64,000 bases of DNA from an uncultured Gemmatimonadales bacterium (GTDB lineage: Bacteria > Gemmatimonadota > Gemmatimonadetes > Longimicrobiales > RSA9): NCBI GenBank assembly GCA_963708135.1, contig OY970192.1, positions 4,320,001-4,384,000 on the forward strand, in the 5' to 3' direction. Below, one piece after another: positions 27,625 through 37,444 of this stretch. The notes beneath the pieces are model-generated. The model did not search any database and was not told the origin of the DNA. It saw nothing but the letters and a program-made list of their open reading frames with translations. Numbering within the stretch: the stretch's first letter is position 1; every line of letters begins with the position of its first letter. Position numbers and translations under genes: made by a program.

Positions 27625-30231
27625 ATGATGCCGACCCCGATCCGTGCGCGCGCCGGCGCCGCGCTTCTCGCCGTCCTGGCTCTTCTCGGTGGCTGTGCCG
27701 CGCCCGCGCCCAGGCCCGCTCCCGCGCCCGCCCCGCGGGCGGATCTCTCGGCCGCGGGGCGCCTGCCCACCGGGGCACGTCTGGACCCGGTGGTTCCGGG
27801 CACCCCGGCCGGCAACTTCCCGCTCTCGATCGCACTCGCGCCGGACGGCCACCACGCGCTGCTGCTCACGAGCGGCTGGCGCGAGCAGGCCATCGAGGTC
27901 GTGGACCTCGATGCGGGGCAGGTGACGCAGACGATCGTGCAGCCGGCGGCGTTTCTTGGGCTGGCGTTCGCGCCGGATGGGCGGACGGTCTACGCCTCCG
28001 GTGGCAACCAGGACGCGATCTACCGCTACGGCTGGGCGGACGGGCGGCTCTCCGCGCGCGACTCGATCTCGCTGGCGCCGCCCGACACGGCGCTCGCGGC
28101 CAATCCGGCGGCGCCCGGCGTGACTGCCGTTCATGGCCGCCAGTCGGGGAAGCACTACCCGGCCGGCCTCGCGCTCTCCGGTGATGGCAGCACGCTGTAC
28201 GTGGCTGAGAACCTCGGCGACCGGCTGGCGGTGGTTGATGTGGCGAGCGGCAGGGTGATCCAGGGCTTCCCCACCGAGCGTTACCCGTACGGGGTGGCGG
28301 TGGGCCCGGACGGCCGCGTGTACGTCTCGGCGTGGGGCGGCCACACCGTGTCCGTGTTCGCGCCGACGGGCGAAGGCGGGCGCGTCCGTCCGCTCGCGCG
28401 GATCCGGGTCGGGAGGCACCCCTCGGCGCTTGCGCTCTCGGCGGATGGCGCGCGCCTCTTCGTCGCCTCCTCGACGACGGACCGCGTGAGCGTGGTGGAC
28501 ACTCGCGCCGGCACGGTGGTGGCGGAGCTCCGGGATGCGCCGCCGTCGGGGCCGGACGAGGGGAGCACCCCGGACGCGCTGGCGCTCTCGGCGGACGGGC
28601 GCCGCCTCTTCGTGGCGGAGGCGGACGCGAATGCCGTCGCCATCTTCGATCTGAGCGCGGCGACGTCCGGCGTTTCGGCTGCGGCGGGCGACGACTCGCT
28701 GGCCGGCCGGCTCCCCGTGGGCTGGTACCCGACGGCACTGGTCACGAGCGGCGGCGCGCTGCTGGTCGTGAACGGCAAGGGCTTGCCGCCCACGGCGAAT
28801 CCCGGGCTGCCCCAGCCGGGGCACCGGACCCCGCCGGATTCGCGCGACTACACCCTCGGGCAGCTGACGGGGACGCTCATGCGGGTGCCGGACGCCGCCG
28901 GGCTGGGTGGCGCGGCGCTGGCGCGTCTGAGCGCCCGGGTCGAGCGGGCGAACGGCTGGGGCACGCTCGGCCGGGCCCACGTCGGGCGCGACGCCTACCC
29001 GCCCTTCGAGCACGTGCTCTACGTCATCAAGGAGAACCGCACCTACGACCAGGTGCTGGGGGACCTTCCCGGCGGCGACGGCGACACCGCGCTCGTCTTC
29101 TTCCCGCGCGCGGTCACGCCCAACCACCACGCCCTCGCGGAGCGGTTCGGCATCTTCGACCGCTTCTTCGTGAACGCGGAGGTCAGCGCGGACGGCCACA
29201 ACTGGTCGACCGCGGCCTACGCCGCGGACTACGTGACCAAGACCGTCGCGTCCAACTACTCCAGGCGCGGCCGCAGCTACGACTACGAGGGCACCAACCG
29301 CGGCCGGGCGGTGGATGATGACGAGGACGTGAACGCCCCCGCCAACGGCTATCTCTGGGACCTGGCCGCGCGCGCGGGCGTCGGCTTTCGCGACTACGGC
29401 GAGTTCGTGCACCTGGCCACCCCCGGCGGCGAGCCGGTGCCGGACGGCGACAAGCCGACGCCCGCTGACGTTTACGCCGGCAACAAGCCGGTGCTGGCCG
29501 GGCACGTGGACCCGCGCTTCCCCGGCTTCGATCTCTCGATTCCCGACCAGGCCCGCGCCGACGAGTGGATCCGCGAGCTCCACGAGGACGAGCGCTCCGG
29601 CGAGATGCCCGCCCTCGAGATCATCCGGCTGCCGGACGATCACACGGCCGGCGCGAGCGCGGGCATGCCCACGCCGCGCGCCTTCCTGGCGGACAACGAC
29701 CTCGCCCTCGGCCGCATGATCGACGCGCTCTCGCACAGCCGCTTCTGGAAGAGCACCGTGGTCTTCGTCCTCGAGGACGATGCCCAGAACGGCCCGGACC
29801 ACGTGGACTCGCACCGCTCGCCCCTGCTCGTCATCTCGGCCTACAACCGGCCCGGCGTGATCCACCGCTTCGCCAACACGACCGACGTGCTGGCCACCAT
29901 CGCGGACATCCTCGACCTCGGCTCGCTTTCGCAGTTCGACTACTACGGCCGCCCGCTGCACGGCATCTTCGCCGAAAGCGCGGACCTCACGCCGTACACG
30001 GCGGTCCAGCCGTCCGTGGACCTGAGCGAGAGGAACCCCGCCACCGGCGTGGGCGCCATCGAGTCGCGGCGGCTACGCCTCCACCGCGAGGATGAGTCCG
30101 ACGACGATCTCTTCAACCACATCCTCTGGCGCGCCATCAAGGGGCCCGACGTGCCGTACCCCGGCGCCCGCCGGGCCTCCACACTGACGCTGCAGCACGG
30201 CGGCCGCGACACCCCGAACCCCAGCCGCTGA
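27625..30231 (+). CDS. Lipoprotein with YVTN/YncE beta-propeller and alkaline-phosphatase-superfamily phosphoesterase domain
   Basis: Lipobox LLGGC; repeated LALS(A/P)DG..L(Y/F)VA blades; YVIKENRTYDQVLGD, SADGHNW and EDDAQNGPDHVDSHRS. Confidence 0.9.
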   Translation: MMPTPIRARAGAALLAVLALLGGCAAPAPRPAPAPAPRADLSAAGRLPTGARLDPVVPGTPAGNFPLSIALAPDGHHALLLTSGWREQAIEVVDLDAGQVTQTIVQPAAFLGLAFAPDGRTVYASGGNQDAIYRYGWADGRLSARDSISLAPPDTALAANPAAPGVTAVHGRQSGKHYPAGLALSGDGSTLYVAENLGDRLAVVDVASGRVIQGFPTERYPYGVAVGPDGRVYVSAWGGHTVSVFAPTGEGGRVRPLARIRVGRHPSALALSADGARLFVASSTTDRVSVVDTRAGTVVAELRDAPPSGPDEGSTPDALALSADGRRLFVAEADANAVAIFDLSAATSGVSAAAGDDSLAGRLPVGWYPTALVTSGGALLVVNGKGLPPTANPGLPQPGHRTPPDSRDYTLGQLTGTLMRVPDAAGLGGAALARLSARVERANGWGTLGRAHVGRDAYPPFEHVLYVIKENRTYDQVLGDLPGGDGDTALVFFPRAVTPNHHALAERFGIFDRFFVNAEVSADGHNWSTAAYAADYVTKTVASNYSRRGRSYDYEGTNRGRAVDDDEDVNAPANGYLWDLAARAGVGFRDYGEFVHLATPGGEPVPDGDKPTPADVYAGNKPVLAGHVDPRFPGFDLSIPDQARADEWIRELHEDERSGEMPALEIIRLPDDHTAGASAGMPTPRAFLADNDLALGRMIDALSHSRFWKSTVVFVLEDDAQNGPDHVDSHRSPLLVISAYNRPGVIHRFANTTDVLATIADILDLGSLSQFDYYGRPLHGIFAESADLTPYTAVQPSVDLSERNPATGVGAIESRRLRLHREDESDDDLFNHILWRAIKGPDVPYPGARRASTLTLQHGGRDTPNPSR

Positions 30232-30335
30232 GTCCCGGGGGTCGGAACCTCTCGCCGGCCGCCGTGTTTAGAGTACGACCGGCCTCCGGCCGGATCCCGG
30301 CCCACCGCCCCAGACATCTCGGGAGGTGTTCCGCC

Positions 30336-31118
30336 ATGCCCGCCGTCCCGAACGGACGCGGTCCTGCCCGTCCCACTCTTCGCCTCGCCGGCGCCTGCCT
30401 GATGCTCGGCCTGATCGGGGTCGCCCCGCTGCGGGCGCAAGGCGCCTCCGATTCCGCCGCCGTCATCTCCGGCCGCGTGGTCAATGCCGAGACCGGACAC
30501 CCGCTGCTCGGCGCCGCCATCTCGTTCGGAAAGAAGGGGCGCGAGGTGCTCACCGACAGCGCCGGCCGTTTCGCGGTGCGCGTCGCTGCCGGAACCTACC
30601 CGCTGCGGATCTCGCAGCTCGGCTACCGCGACCAGTGGCGGGCGATCGACATCGACGCCGCGGCACGACCCGCCAGCCTCGAGGTGCGGCTGGAGCCCGA
30701 CCCGGTGCTGCTGGAGGGGATCACCGCCATCGCGGACCGGTTCCGCGCCCGCCGCAACGCAGTCTCCGTGGCGGTGCGCGCCTTCGACCGGCAGCGGCTG
30801 TTGGCGACCGGAGCACAGAACATGGCGCAGTTCCTCGAGGAGGATGCGTTCCTGCACCGCGCCGCTTGTCGGGGCGGCAGCTTCTCGGACGTGTTCCTGG
30901 ACTGTGCCTGGGTGCGCGGCAGGGCCACGCCGATCCAGGTCTACATCGATGACATGCCCAAGCTCGGCGGCCTGAACGAGCTCGCCATGTACCACCCCTC
31001 CGAGATGTACCTCATCGAGGTTTACGCCGGCGGCAGGCAGGTGCGCGCCTATACCACCTGGTGGGTCGCGTTCAGCGCGCGGCATCACATCAGGCCACAG
31101 CCCGTGATCCTGTACTGA
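30336..31118 (+). CDS. Exported carboxypeptidase-regulatory-like domain protein with a plug-like C-terminal domain
   Basis: Signal peptide; ISGRVVNAETGHPLLGA, TDSAGRF and LGYRD; C-terminal VYIDD...IEVY; GGAGG RBS. Confidence 0.75.
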   Translation: MPAVPNGRGPARPTLRLAGACLMLGLIGVAPLRAQGASDSAAVISGRVVNAETGHPLLGAAISFGKKGREVLTDSAGRFAVRVAAGTYPLRISQLGYRDQWRAIDIDAAARPASLEVRLEPDPVLLEGITAIADRFRARRNAVSVAVRAFDRQRLLATGAQNMAQFLEEDAFLHRAACRGGSFSDVFLDCAWVRGRATPIQVYIDDMPKLGGLNELAMYHPSEMYLIEVYAGGRQVRAYTTWWVAFSARHHIRPQPVILY

Positions 31119-31167
31119 TCCGATCGCCACTCGGTCCGAGCCCGGGCGCCCCCCTTCCCGCGCCAGT

Positions 31168-31196
31168 TTGTCTTTGCCCGACCCCGCCCATATTCT
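31168..31196 (+). promoter_or_regulatory. Putative sigma70 promoter of the heme operon (TTGTCT-17-TATTCT)
   Basis: Canonical spacing; AT-rich island about 80 bp upstream of hemQ. Confidence 0.55.
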
Positions 31197-31278
31197 TTTT
31201 CCCGTGGCACCTTCGTGAACGCGAACCATCGCCGCGGCACGCTCCCGCCAGGGAGTCGCCGCGGCGGGGCGAGGTTGA

Positions 31279-31970
31279 ATGTCCGAGAACGTCGAACGCA
31301 CGCTGAACCATTACGCCCTCGTCGCCTTCACCGACGCCTACTGGGCGCTGGACGCGGAGGCGCGCGAGACCTTCCACGCGGCCTGGCTGTCCGGGATGCG
31401 CAATGCGGCGGCCGCGGTGCACCTCTACCAGGTCTTCCCCACCGAGACCGACGCGGACCTGCTCGTCTGGAGCGCCGTGCCGGCGGACGAGGTCGGCGCC
31501 GCCGCGCGCTTCTTCGAGGCGTTCGCGCGCGCGACCAACCCCTGGCGCCGCTACCTGCGCCTGACCACCACGCTGTGGGGCTACACGAAGCCCTCGCAGT
31601 ACAGCCGCGCGCAGCGCTCGCCACAGGAGCTGGAGCCGTTCTCGGCCGAGAGGAAGCACTACCTCACGATCTATCCGTTCGTGAAGACGGCCGGCTGGTA
31701 CCTGATGAGCCGGGACGCGCGCCAGGGCATGATGAACGAGCACATCCGGGTCGGGAAGCAGTACCCGGAGATCCTGCAGCTGCTGCTCTACTCCTTCGGC
31801 GTGCAGGACCAGGAGTTCGTCGTCGTGTACGAATGGACGACCTGCGCCAGTTCTCCGATCTCGTCGCCGACCTCCGCGCCGTCGAGGGCCGCAAGTACAC
31901 CGAGCGCGACACGCCCCTGCACGCAGGCGTCTGGAGGCCGGCCGAAGAGACGCTGGCGCTGTTCCGATGA
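31279..31970 (+). CDS. hemQ: Coproheme decarboxylase (HemQ/ChdC, chlorite dismutase family), with a one-base frameshift near 31831-31833
   Basis: YPFVK...WY...R..MMNEHIRVGKQY and YSFGVQDQEFVVVYE in one frame; the continuation MDDLRQFSDLVADLR...YTERDTP is in another frame and ends at 31970, overlapping the hemE start. Confidence 0.85.
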
Positions 31971-33085
31971 GCGCCACGCCAGGCGACGCCGCCGCCGATC
32001 GCGCCGGGCGCGCCGCGGTCCCCGCGTCGCCTTCCGCCGCCGAGCCGACCGAGCGTTTCCTGCGCGCCTGCCGCGGCCTGCCCGTGGACGCCACCCCCGT
32101 GTGGTTCATGCGTCAGGCCGGCCGCTACATGGCCGAGTACCGCGAGATCCGGAAGCATCACACGCTGCTCGAGATCTGCGCGCAGCCGGAGCTCGCCGCC
32201 GAGGTCACGCTCCAGCCCGTCCGCGCCCTCGGCGTGGATGCCGCCATCCTGTTCGCCGACATCCTGCTCCCGCTCGAGCCAATGGGCATCGAGCTGGAGT
32301 TCGCGAAGGGCGAGGGGCCCGTCATCCACAACCCGGTGAGGACCGCGGGTGACGTCGCCGCGCTCCGCCACTTCGAGCCGCGCGAGTCGCTCGCCCACGT
32401 CCTCGACGCCATCCGCATCCTGCGCCGCGAGCTGCCCGCCGGCGTGCCGCTCATCGGCTTCGCCGGCGCGCCCTTCACGCTGGCCAGCTACCTCGTGCAC
32501 GGCGGCTCGAAGGGCGGCCTCGCCCGCGAGGCAGTGGATGCCAGGCGCTTCATGTACGAGCGGCCCGCCCTCTGGCACGAGCTCATGGCGAAGGTCGCCG
32601 GGGTGGTCGCCGACTACCTCGTCGCCCAAGTCGAGGCGGGTGCGCAGGCCGTGCAGCTCTTCGACTCCTGGATCGGAGCCCTCGGCCCCGACGACTACCG
32701 CGAGTATGTCGCGCCCCATTCGGCCGCCATCCTGCACGCCGCCGCGGCGACGGGCGTGCCCGTGATCCACTTCGGCACCGGCACCGCCACGCTGCTCGGC
32801 GAGATGAAGGCGGCCGGCGGGGACGTCATCGGGCTTGACTGGCGCACGCCGCTCGACTGGGGCCGGAAGACGCTCGGCGAGGCGGTGCCCGTGCAGGGTA
32901 ACCTGGACCCCGTCGCCCTCTTCGCCCCGCGCGCCGAGCTCGACCGCCGGATCCGCCGGATCGTCGAGCAGAACGCGGGCCGCCCCGGCCACGTCTTCAA
33001 CCTCGGCCACGGGATCCTGCAGGGCACGCCGGTCGAGAACGTGCGCCACGTGGTCGAGCAGGTCCACGAGCTTTCGAGGACCTAG
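31967..33085 (+). CDS. hemE: Uroporphyrinogen decarboxylase
   Basis: PVWFMRQAGRY, DAAILFADIL, IGFAGAPFTLASY, QLFDSW, QGNLDP and FNLGHGI. Confidence 0.98.
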   Translation: MSATPGDAAADRAGRAAVPASPSAAEPTERFLRACRGLPVDATPVWFMRQAGRYMAEYREIRKHHTLLEICAQPELAAEVTLQPVRALGVDAAILFADILLPLEPMGIELEFAKGEGPVIHNPVRTAGDVAALRHFEPRESLAHVLDAIRILRRELPAGVPLIGFAGAPFTLASYLVHGGSKGGLAREAVDARRFMYERPALWHELMAKVAGVVADYLVAQVEAGAQAVQLFDSWIGALGPDDYREYVAPHSAAILHAAAATGVPVIHFGTGTATLLGEMKAAGGDVIGLDWRTPLDWGRKTLGEAVPVQGNLDPVALFAPRAELDRRIRRIVEQNAGRPGHVFNLGHGILQGTPVENVRHVVEQVHELSRT

Positions 33086-33088
33086 GAC

Positions 33089-34591
33089 ATGCCACACCGC
33101 GTCGTCATCGTCGGGGGCGGCATCGCCGGACTGGCCGCCGCGCACCGGCTGGCCCGGGGCGGGGACGGCCTGGAGGTCACGCTGCTCGAGGGCGAGGACC
33201 GGCTCGGCGGGAAGATCGCGACGGAGCGCACGGACGGCTTCGTGCTCGAGAAGGGGCCCGACATCTTCCTCGGCAGCAAGCCGGGCGGCGTCGGCCTCGC
33301 CCGCGAGCTCGGGATCGAGGATCGCCTCCACGGCGTCCGGCGCGAGCTGCAGAAGACCTTCATCATGCGCGACGGTCACCTGCTCCCGATGCCCGAGGGG
33401 CTGACCGGCCTCGTGCCCGCGCAGTTCGGTCCCTTCATCCGCACCCGGCTCATCTCCCCGTTCGGCAAGATGCGCATGGCGGAGGACCTCTTCATTCCGC
33501 CGCGCCGAGGCGGCGGCGACGAGTCGCTGGCCAGCTTCGTCACGCGCCGTCTCGGCCGCGAGATGTACGAGCGGCTCGTCGAGCCCCTGCTCAGCGGGAT
33601 CTATGCCGGCGACGGCGAGGAGCTCAGCCTCGCCGCCACCTTCCCGCAGCTGCGCCAGCAGGAGATCGAGCACGGCTCGCTCGTGCGGGCGGCGCTCACC
33701 GCCCGGCTGCGCGCCGTGGGCGGCGGCGCGGCATCCGCCGCGCGCCCGGCGGCGGGAGACGGCGAGACGGCGGGGCAGGCCCCCGGGGAGAGCGACGCGC
33801 CCCGCCCCAGCCGGCCGGCGGGGCGTGCAGGGTTCCTCTCCTTCCCTTCCGGCCTCGCGGAGCTGTCGGAGGCGGCCGAGCGCGCGCTCGACGGCCGGGT
33901 GCGCATCGTGCGCGGCGTGCGTGCCACGCGCCTGTCGCCTCCCTCCGGAGAAGCCGGCCACTGGACGGTCGAGCTGGCGGACGGCTCCTCGCTTCCCGCC
34001 GACGCAGTCGTGCTGGCCACCCCCGCGTACGTGAGCGCCGAGCTGGTCGAGAGCTTCGACGCCGCCCTGGCCGGGCCGCTCCGCGCGATCCCCTATGTCA
34101 CGACCGCCACAGTCTCGCTGGCCTATCCCCTCGGCGACATCCCGCGTGCGCTGGATGGCCACGGCTACGTCATCCCCCGCATCGAGCAACGGAGCGTGCT
34201 GGCTGTGACCTGGAGCTCGAGCAAGCTCCCGTACCGCGCGCCGGAGGGCTGGGTGCTGCTGCGCGCCTTCCTGGGCAGCGCGCGCACGGCCGAGGACCTC
34301 CCTCCGGGCGACGACGCCCTTCTCGAGCTCGCCCGCGCCGAGCTCCGCGACACCATGGGGATCACCGCCCCACCGAGCCTCAGCCGCGTCGCGCGCTGGG
34401 ACCGCGGCATGCCCCAGTACACCATGGGCCATCTCGACCGCATCGCCGTCATCGATGAACGGGTCGGCGCCCACGCCGGCCTCCATCTTGCCGGCGCCGC
34501 CTACCATGGCGTCGGCATCCCGGACTGCATCGCCTCCGGGCGCGCCGCCGCCGAGAGGATCCTCCAACGCCGGGACCGGAGCCCATCATGA
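33089..34591 (+). CDS. hemY: HemY-type FAD-dependent proto-/coproporphyrinogen oxidase (CgoX-like in this context)
   Basis: GGGIAGLAAA, RLGGKI, EKGPD, PLLSGIYAGD, MPQYTMGH and GVGIPDCI. Confidence 0.95.
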   Translation: MPHRVVIVGGGIAGLAAAHRLARGGDGLEVTLLEGEDRLGGKIATERTDGFVLEKGPDIFLGSKPGGVGLARELGIEDRLHGVRRELQKTFIMRDGHLLPMPEGLTGLVPAQFGPFIRTRLISPFGKMRMAEDLFIPPRRGGGDESLASFVTRRLGREMYERLVEPLLSGIYAGDGEELSLAATFPQLRQQEIEHGSLVRAALTARLRAVGGGAASAARPAAGDGETAGQAPGESDAPRPSRPAGRAGFLSFPSGLAELSEAAERALDGRVRIVRGVRATRLSPPSGEAGHWTVELADGSSLPADAVVLATPAYVSAELVESFDAALAGPLRAIPYVTTATVSLAYPLGDIPRALDGHGYVIPRIEQRSVLAVTWSSSKLPYRAPEGWVLLRAFLGSARTAEDLPPGDDALLELARAELRDTMGITAPPSLSRVARWDRGMPQYTMGHLDRIAVIDERVGAHAGLHLAGAAYHGVGIPDCIASGRAAAERILQRRDRSPS

Positions 34592-34938
34592 GAGCCGCCG
34601 CCGCCTTCGCCCTCTGCGCCGCCGCCCTGCTCCCCGCCTGCGCCGGGAAGCATGCGGCCGCGCGGGAGCAGCAGCCGCCCACGGTTCTCGAGGTGCAGAA
34701 CGACAACTACCTCGACATGGACGTCTTCCTGCTGCCCTCCGGCGGCGCCCGCATCCGCCTGGGCGAGGTCACCGGGCACAGTACCGCCCGGCTCACGATC
34801 CCCGCCCGCTACATCTTCGGGCCGACGCCGCTCCGCTTTCAGGCGCACCCGGTCGGGAGCGGCGCCAACCCGGTCACGCAGGAGATCCAGGTCAGTCCGG
34901 GCGACACCGTCGTGATGCAGATCCCGCCCGGCGGCTGA
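34588..34938 (+). CDS. Small hypothetical lipoprotein
   Basis: Lipobox LLPAC; beta-rich (VLEVQNDNYLDMDVF, RLGEV); ATGA overlap with hemY. Confidence 0.75.
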   Translation: MRAAAAFALCAAALLPACAGKHAAAREQQPPTVLEVQNDNYLDMDVFLLPSGGARIRLGEVTGHSTARLTIPARYIFGPTPLRFQAHPVGSGANPVTQEIQVSPGDTVVMQIPPGG

Positions 34939-34969
34939 TGGAGCGTTCCGCCCGCACCCCGGAGGCATC

Positions 34970-35539
34970 GTGCTGAACCTCACCGGCGCCGCGCGGGAGC
35001 GCGTCCTCGATCTCGTCCGGCAGCTCGGTGCGGACGCCCCCGCGCTTCGCATCTCCGTATGCCAGGGCGGCAGCCCGCTCGCCCCCGAGTACGACATCAC
35101 CCTCGTCGAGGCGGAGGATGCCCTGCCCGGCAATGTGACGGTCGAGCAGCCCGGCTTCCCGGTCCTCGTCGAGCCGGGCGCGGCCGAGCGCCTGCAGGGT
35201 GCCGCGCTCGATTTCCAGGACGGCGCCTTCCGGATCCGCGAGGCCGCGGCGGCCGCGACCGGCGGCGGCCCCCTCGCCGAGCGCGTCCGCGACCTCATCG
35301 AGCGCCGCGTCAACCCGGCCGTGGCGGCACATGGCGGCCGCATCACTCTGGTGGAGGTGCGCGACGACGTCGCCTACGTCCGCATGAGCGGCGGCTGCCA
35401 GGGGTGCGGCATGGCGGCGGTCACCCTCCGCCAGGGCGTCGAGCGCATGATCCGCGACGCCATCCCCGAGATCCGCGGCGTGGCCGACGTGACCGACCAT
35501 GCCACTGGCGCGACCCCGTTCTTCGCGCCCGCCAAGTAG
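34970..35539 (+). CDS. nfuA: NfuA-like Fe-S cluster carrier (degenerate A-type domain plus NifU C-terminal domain)
   Basis: VNPAVAAHGG, MSGGCQGCGMA, TLRQGVE and DVTDH; GGAGG RBS before GTG. Confidence 0.9.
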   Translation: MLNLTGAARERVLDLVRQLGADAPALRISVCQGGSPLAPEYDITLVEAEDALPGNVTVEQPGFPVLVEPGAAERLQGAALDFQDGAFRIREAAAAATGGGPLAERVRDLIERRVNPAVAAHGGRITLVEVRDDVAYVRMSGGCQGCGMAAVTLRQGVERMIRDAIPEIRGVADVTDHATGATPFFAPAK

Positions 35540-35804
35540 CCGCGCCGCCGGCCCCCGCGCTCGCCTCATCTCTATTCGGACCCGCTACTTATTTCCGGCG
35601 CGCGCGCCCGGCGCCTCGTCGCGGGGACGCGGCCCTTCCCGCCGCCCGCTCCGCAACTCGTTGGCGGACCGCATCCTGGCCGGCCAGACCGGGGCGCCGG
35701 CGCGGGCGCCCCGCCTTCGCCGGGTGCGGGCGCGCCATTTGCCCCCATCCCCGCCCGGCGCATCAGCGATACACCTCCCCGGTACTCTCACAAGGACGCT
35801 ACGG

Positions 35805-36467
35805 ATGAGTGGACGGCCGACGGCCAGGAGCGTGCGTGCCGGCAGCGCGCGCAAGCTGCGCATCGCGGCGGCGGTGGCGCGGGAGGCGCTGCTCGACGTG
35901 CACGTGGTGCGTGCGCTGGAGCTGGTGGAGCTGGCGCGCGGCCGCGTCGAGGCGGTCCGGATGCTCGACATCTATCGACGGCTGCACCACCTGGACGACG
36001 CGGTGATGTCGAGCGTCTCGAACCGGGTTCTCGCCATCCTCGGCGAGCAGGCGCTGGAGACGGTGATCGCGCCCGTGGACGAGGACGCCGAGGCGGAGCG
36101 GCCGAGGCGGATTCCGGCGCGCACGCTGCGGGGTCGCCTGCGCGCCCTGCTGGGCGGCGGGAGGGTGCACTTCTCGCTCCGGCGCCAGGTGGATCTCCAC
36201 ACGGGGCGGACCGAGATCGCGCTCATGCAGGTCCACGCCGAACACGCGTTGCGGTTCGCCGACATCCTCCTCGCGGAGGCCACGGCGGATGAGGCCGTGG
36301 CGGTCTACCGCGAGATGCTCGGCGTGCGCGACTCGCTGCACGAGACCCTCTATTTCCTGATGCTCAGCCGCATGAGCGAGCAGGAGGCGGCGCGATCCGG
36401 CCCCGGCGGCGATCCCGCCGTGGTCCCGCCGAACCTGCGCGCCCGCGGCCTCGCCCTCTTCTCCTGA
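35805..36467 (+). CDS. Hypothetical all-helical protein with internal duplication (paralog of 44068-44763)
   Basis: Shares LELVEL, IYxRLH, RVLAxLG, GRVH, LHTGR and YREMLGV with 44068-44763; AAGGA RBS. Confidence 0.8.
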   Translation: MSGRPTARSVRAGSARKLRIAAAVAREALLDVHVVRALELVELARGRVEAVRMLDIYRRLHHLDDAVMSSVSNRVLAILGEQALETVIAPVDEDAEAERPRRIPARTLRGRLRALLGGGRVHFSLRRQVDLHTGRTEIALMQVHAEHALRFADILLAEATADEAVAVYREMLGVRDSLHETLYFLMLSRMSEQEAARSGPGGDPAVVPPNLRARGLALFS

Positions 36468-36581
36468 CCTCTCGACCTTCTCGATTCCGGCGCGACGCCG
36501 GCGCGACGCCGGCGCTCGCCGGCGCCCCGGCCGCGCCGCGCCCATGGGAACCCTCCCGCACCTGCGGCAGTACCACCGGCC

Positions 36582-37364
36582 GTGATCGAGACACGGGCCC
36601 TTCATCGCTACGCCTGCCTGCCGCTGCCGGCACTGCTGCTCTCGCTGCTCGCCGCCACCACGATGGCCGCCGCGGCCGGGGGCGCGAGCGCGCAGGGCGT
36701 GCCGCTGCGGGCGCGCGGGGTGCCCCCCGGCCAGGTGCTCACGGGGCGGGTGCTGGATGCGGCCACCGGACGGCCGCTTTTCGGGGCGGTCGTCGGGCTG
36801 CCGGACCTGGGCGTCGAGGCGCAGACGGACAGCGTGGGGCGGTTCGTTCTGCACCGGGTGGGCGCCGGGACGCACAAGGTCTACGTCAGCGAGATCGGCT
36901 ACCGTGACCTCCTCCAGCGGGTCGAGCTCTCTCGGGATGGCGCCGACCTGCGGGTCGAGCCGGACCCGGTCCTCCTCAAGGGCATTGCGGTGCTGGCCGA
37001 TCGCTTCCGCGCGCGCCGCGAGGCCGCGCCATACGCGGCCGTCGCCTTCGACCGGGAGACCCTGCTGCGCAGCGGCGCCGCGGACATGCGGGAGTTCCTT
37101 TCCAACGTCGCCGGTATCACCCTCGTGCCGTGCCCCCGGGAGCCGTTCGCCACCTGCGCGCTCGTGAATCGCCGGCCCGCCCGCACCGCCGTCTTCGTCG
37201 ACGAGCGCCGCGCCTACGGCGGCATCGAGGAGCTCACGTCCTACCTCCCGTCCGATCTGTTCCTCCTCGAGGTCTACGGCGAAGGCCGCATGGTGCGCGC
37301 GTACACCGGCTGGTGGTTCGCCCGCAGCGCCCGCAAGCGCCTTCTGCCCGTTCCCCTCTTCTGA
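36582..37364 (+). CDS. Exported carboxypeptidase-regulatory-like domain protein (paralog of 30336-31118)
   Basis: LTGRVLDAATGRPLFGA, TDSVGRF, IGYRD, EPDPVLL, ADRFRARR, EVY and VRAYT shared with the paralog. Confidence 0.75.
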   Translation: MIETRALHRYACLPLPALLLSLLAATTMAAAAGGASAQGVPLRARGVPPGQVLTGRVLDAATGRPLFGAVVGLPDLGVEAQTDSVGRFVLHRVGAGTHKVYVSEIGYRDLLQRVELSRDGADLRVEPDPVLLKGIAVLADRFRARREAAPYAAVAFDRETLLRSGAADMREFLSNVAGITLVPCPREPFATCALVNRRPARTAVFVDERRAYGGIEELTSYLPSDLFLLEVYGEGRMVRAYTGWWFARSARKRLLPVPLF

Positions 37365-37383
37365 GCCCCGCCGACGCCCCCCC

Positions 37384-37409
37384 TGAAACCCACACCCGTC
37401 CCCGCCGTA
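37384..37409 (+). promoter_or_regulatory. Putative ECF sigma promoter TGAAAC-N16-CGTA
   Basis: Exact match to the SigW-type consensus, 35 bp upstream of ATG 37445. Confidence 0.65.
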
Positions 37410-37444
37410 AGGATTTCCGAGAGCCCCATCACAGGAGGCAGACC

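Noticed and set aside
31279..31970. Chlorite dismutase, or programmed frameshifting
   Set aside because: Gln rather than Arg at the distal position and hem-operon context favour ChdC; no slippery sequence is visible at the shift site.
31279..32352. 357-aa ORF as a HemQ fusion protein
   Set aside because: Sequence after VVVYE is out-of-frame read-through over hemE caused by the one-base frameshift.
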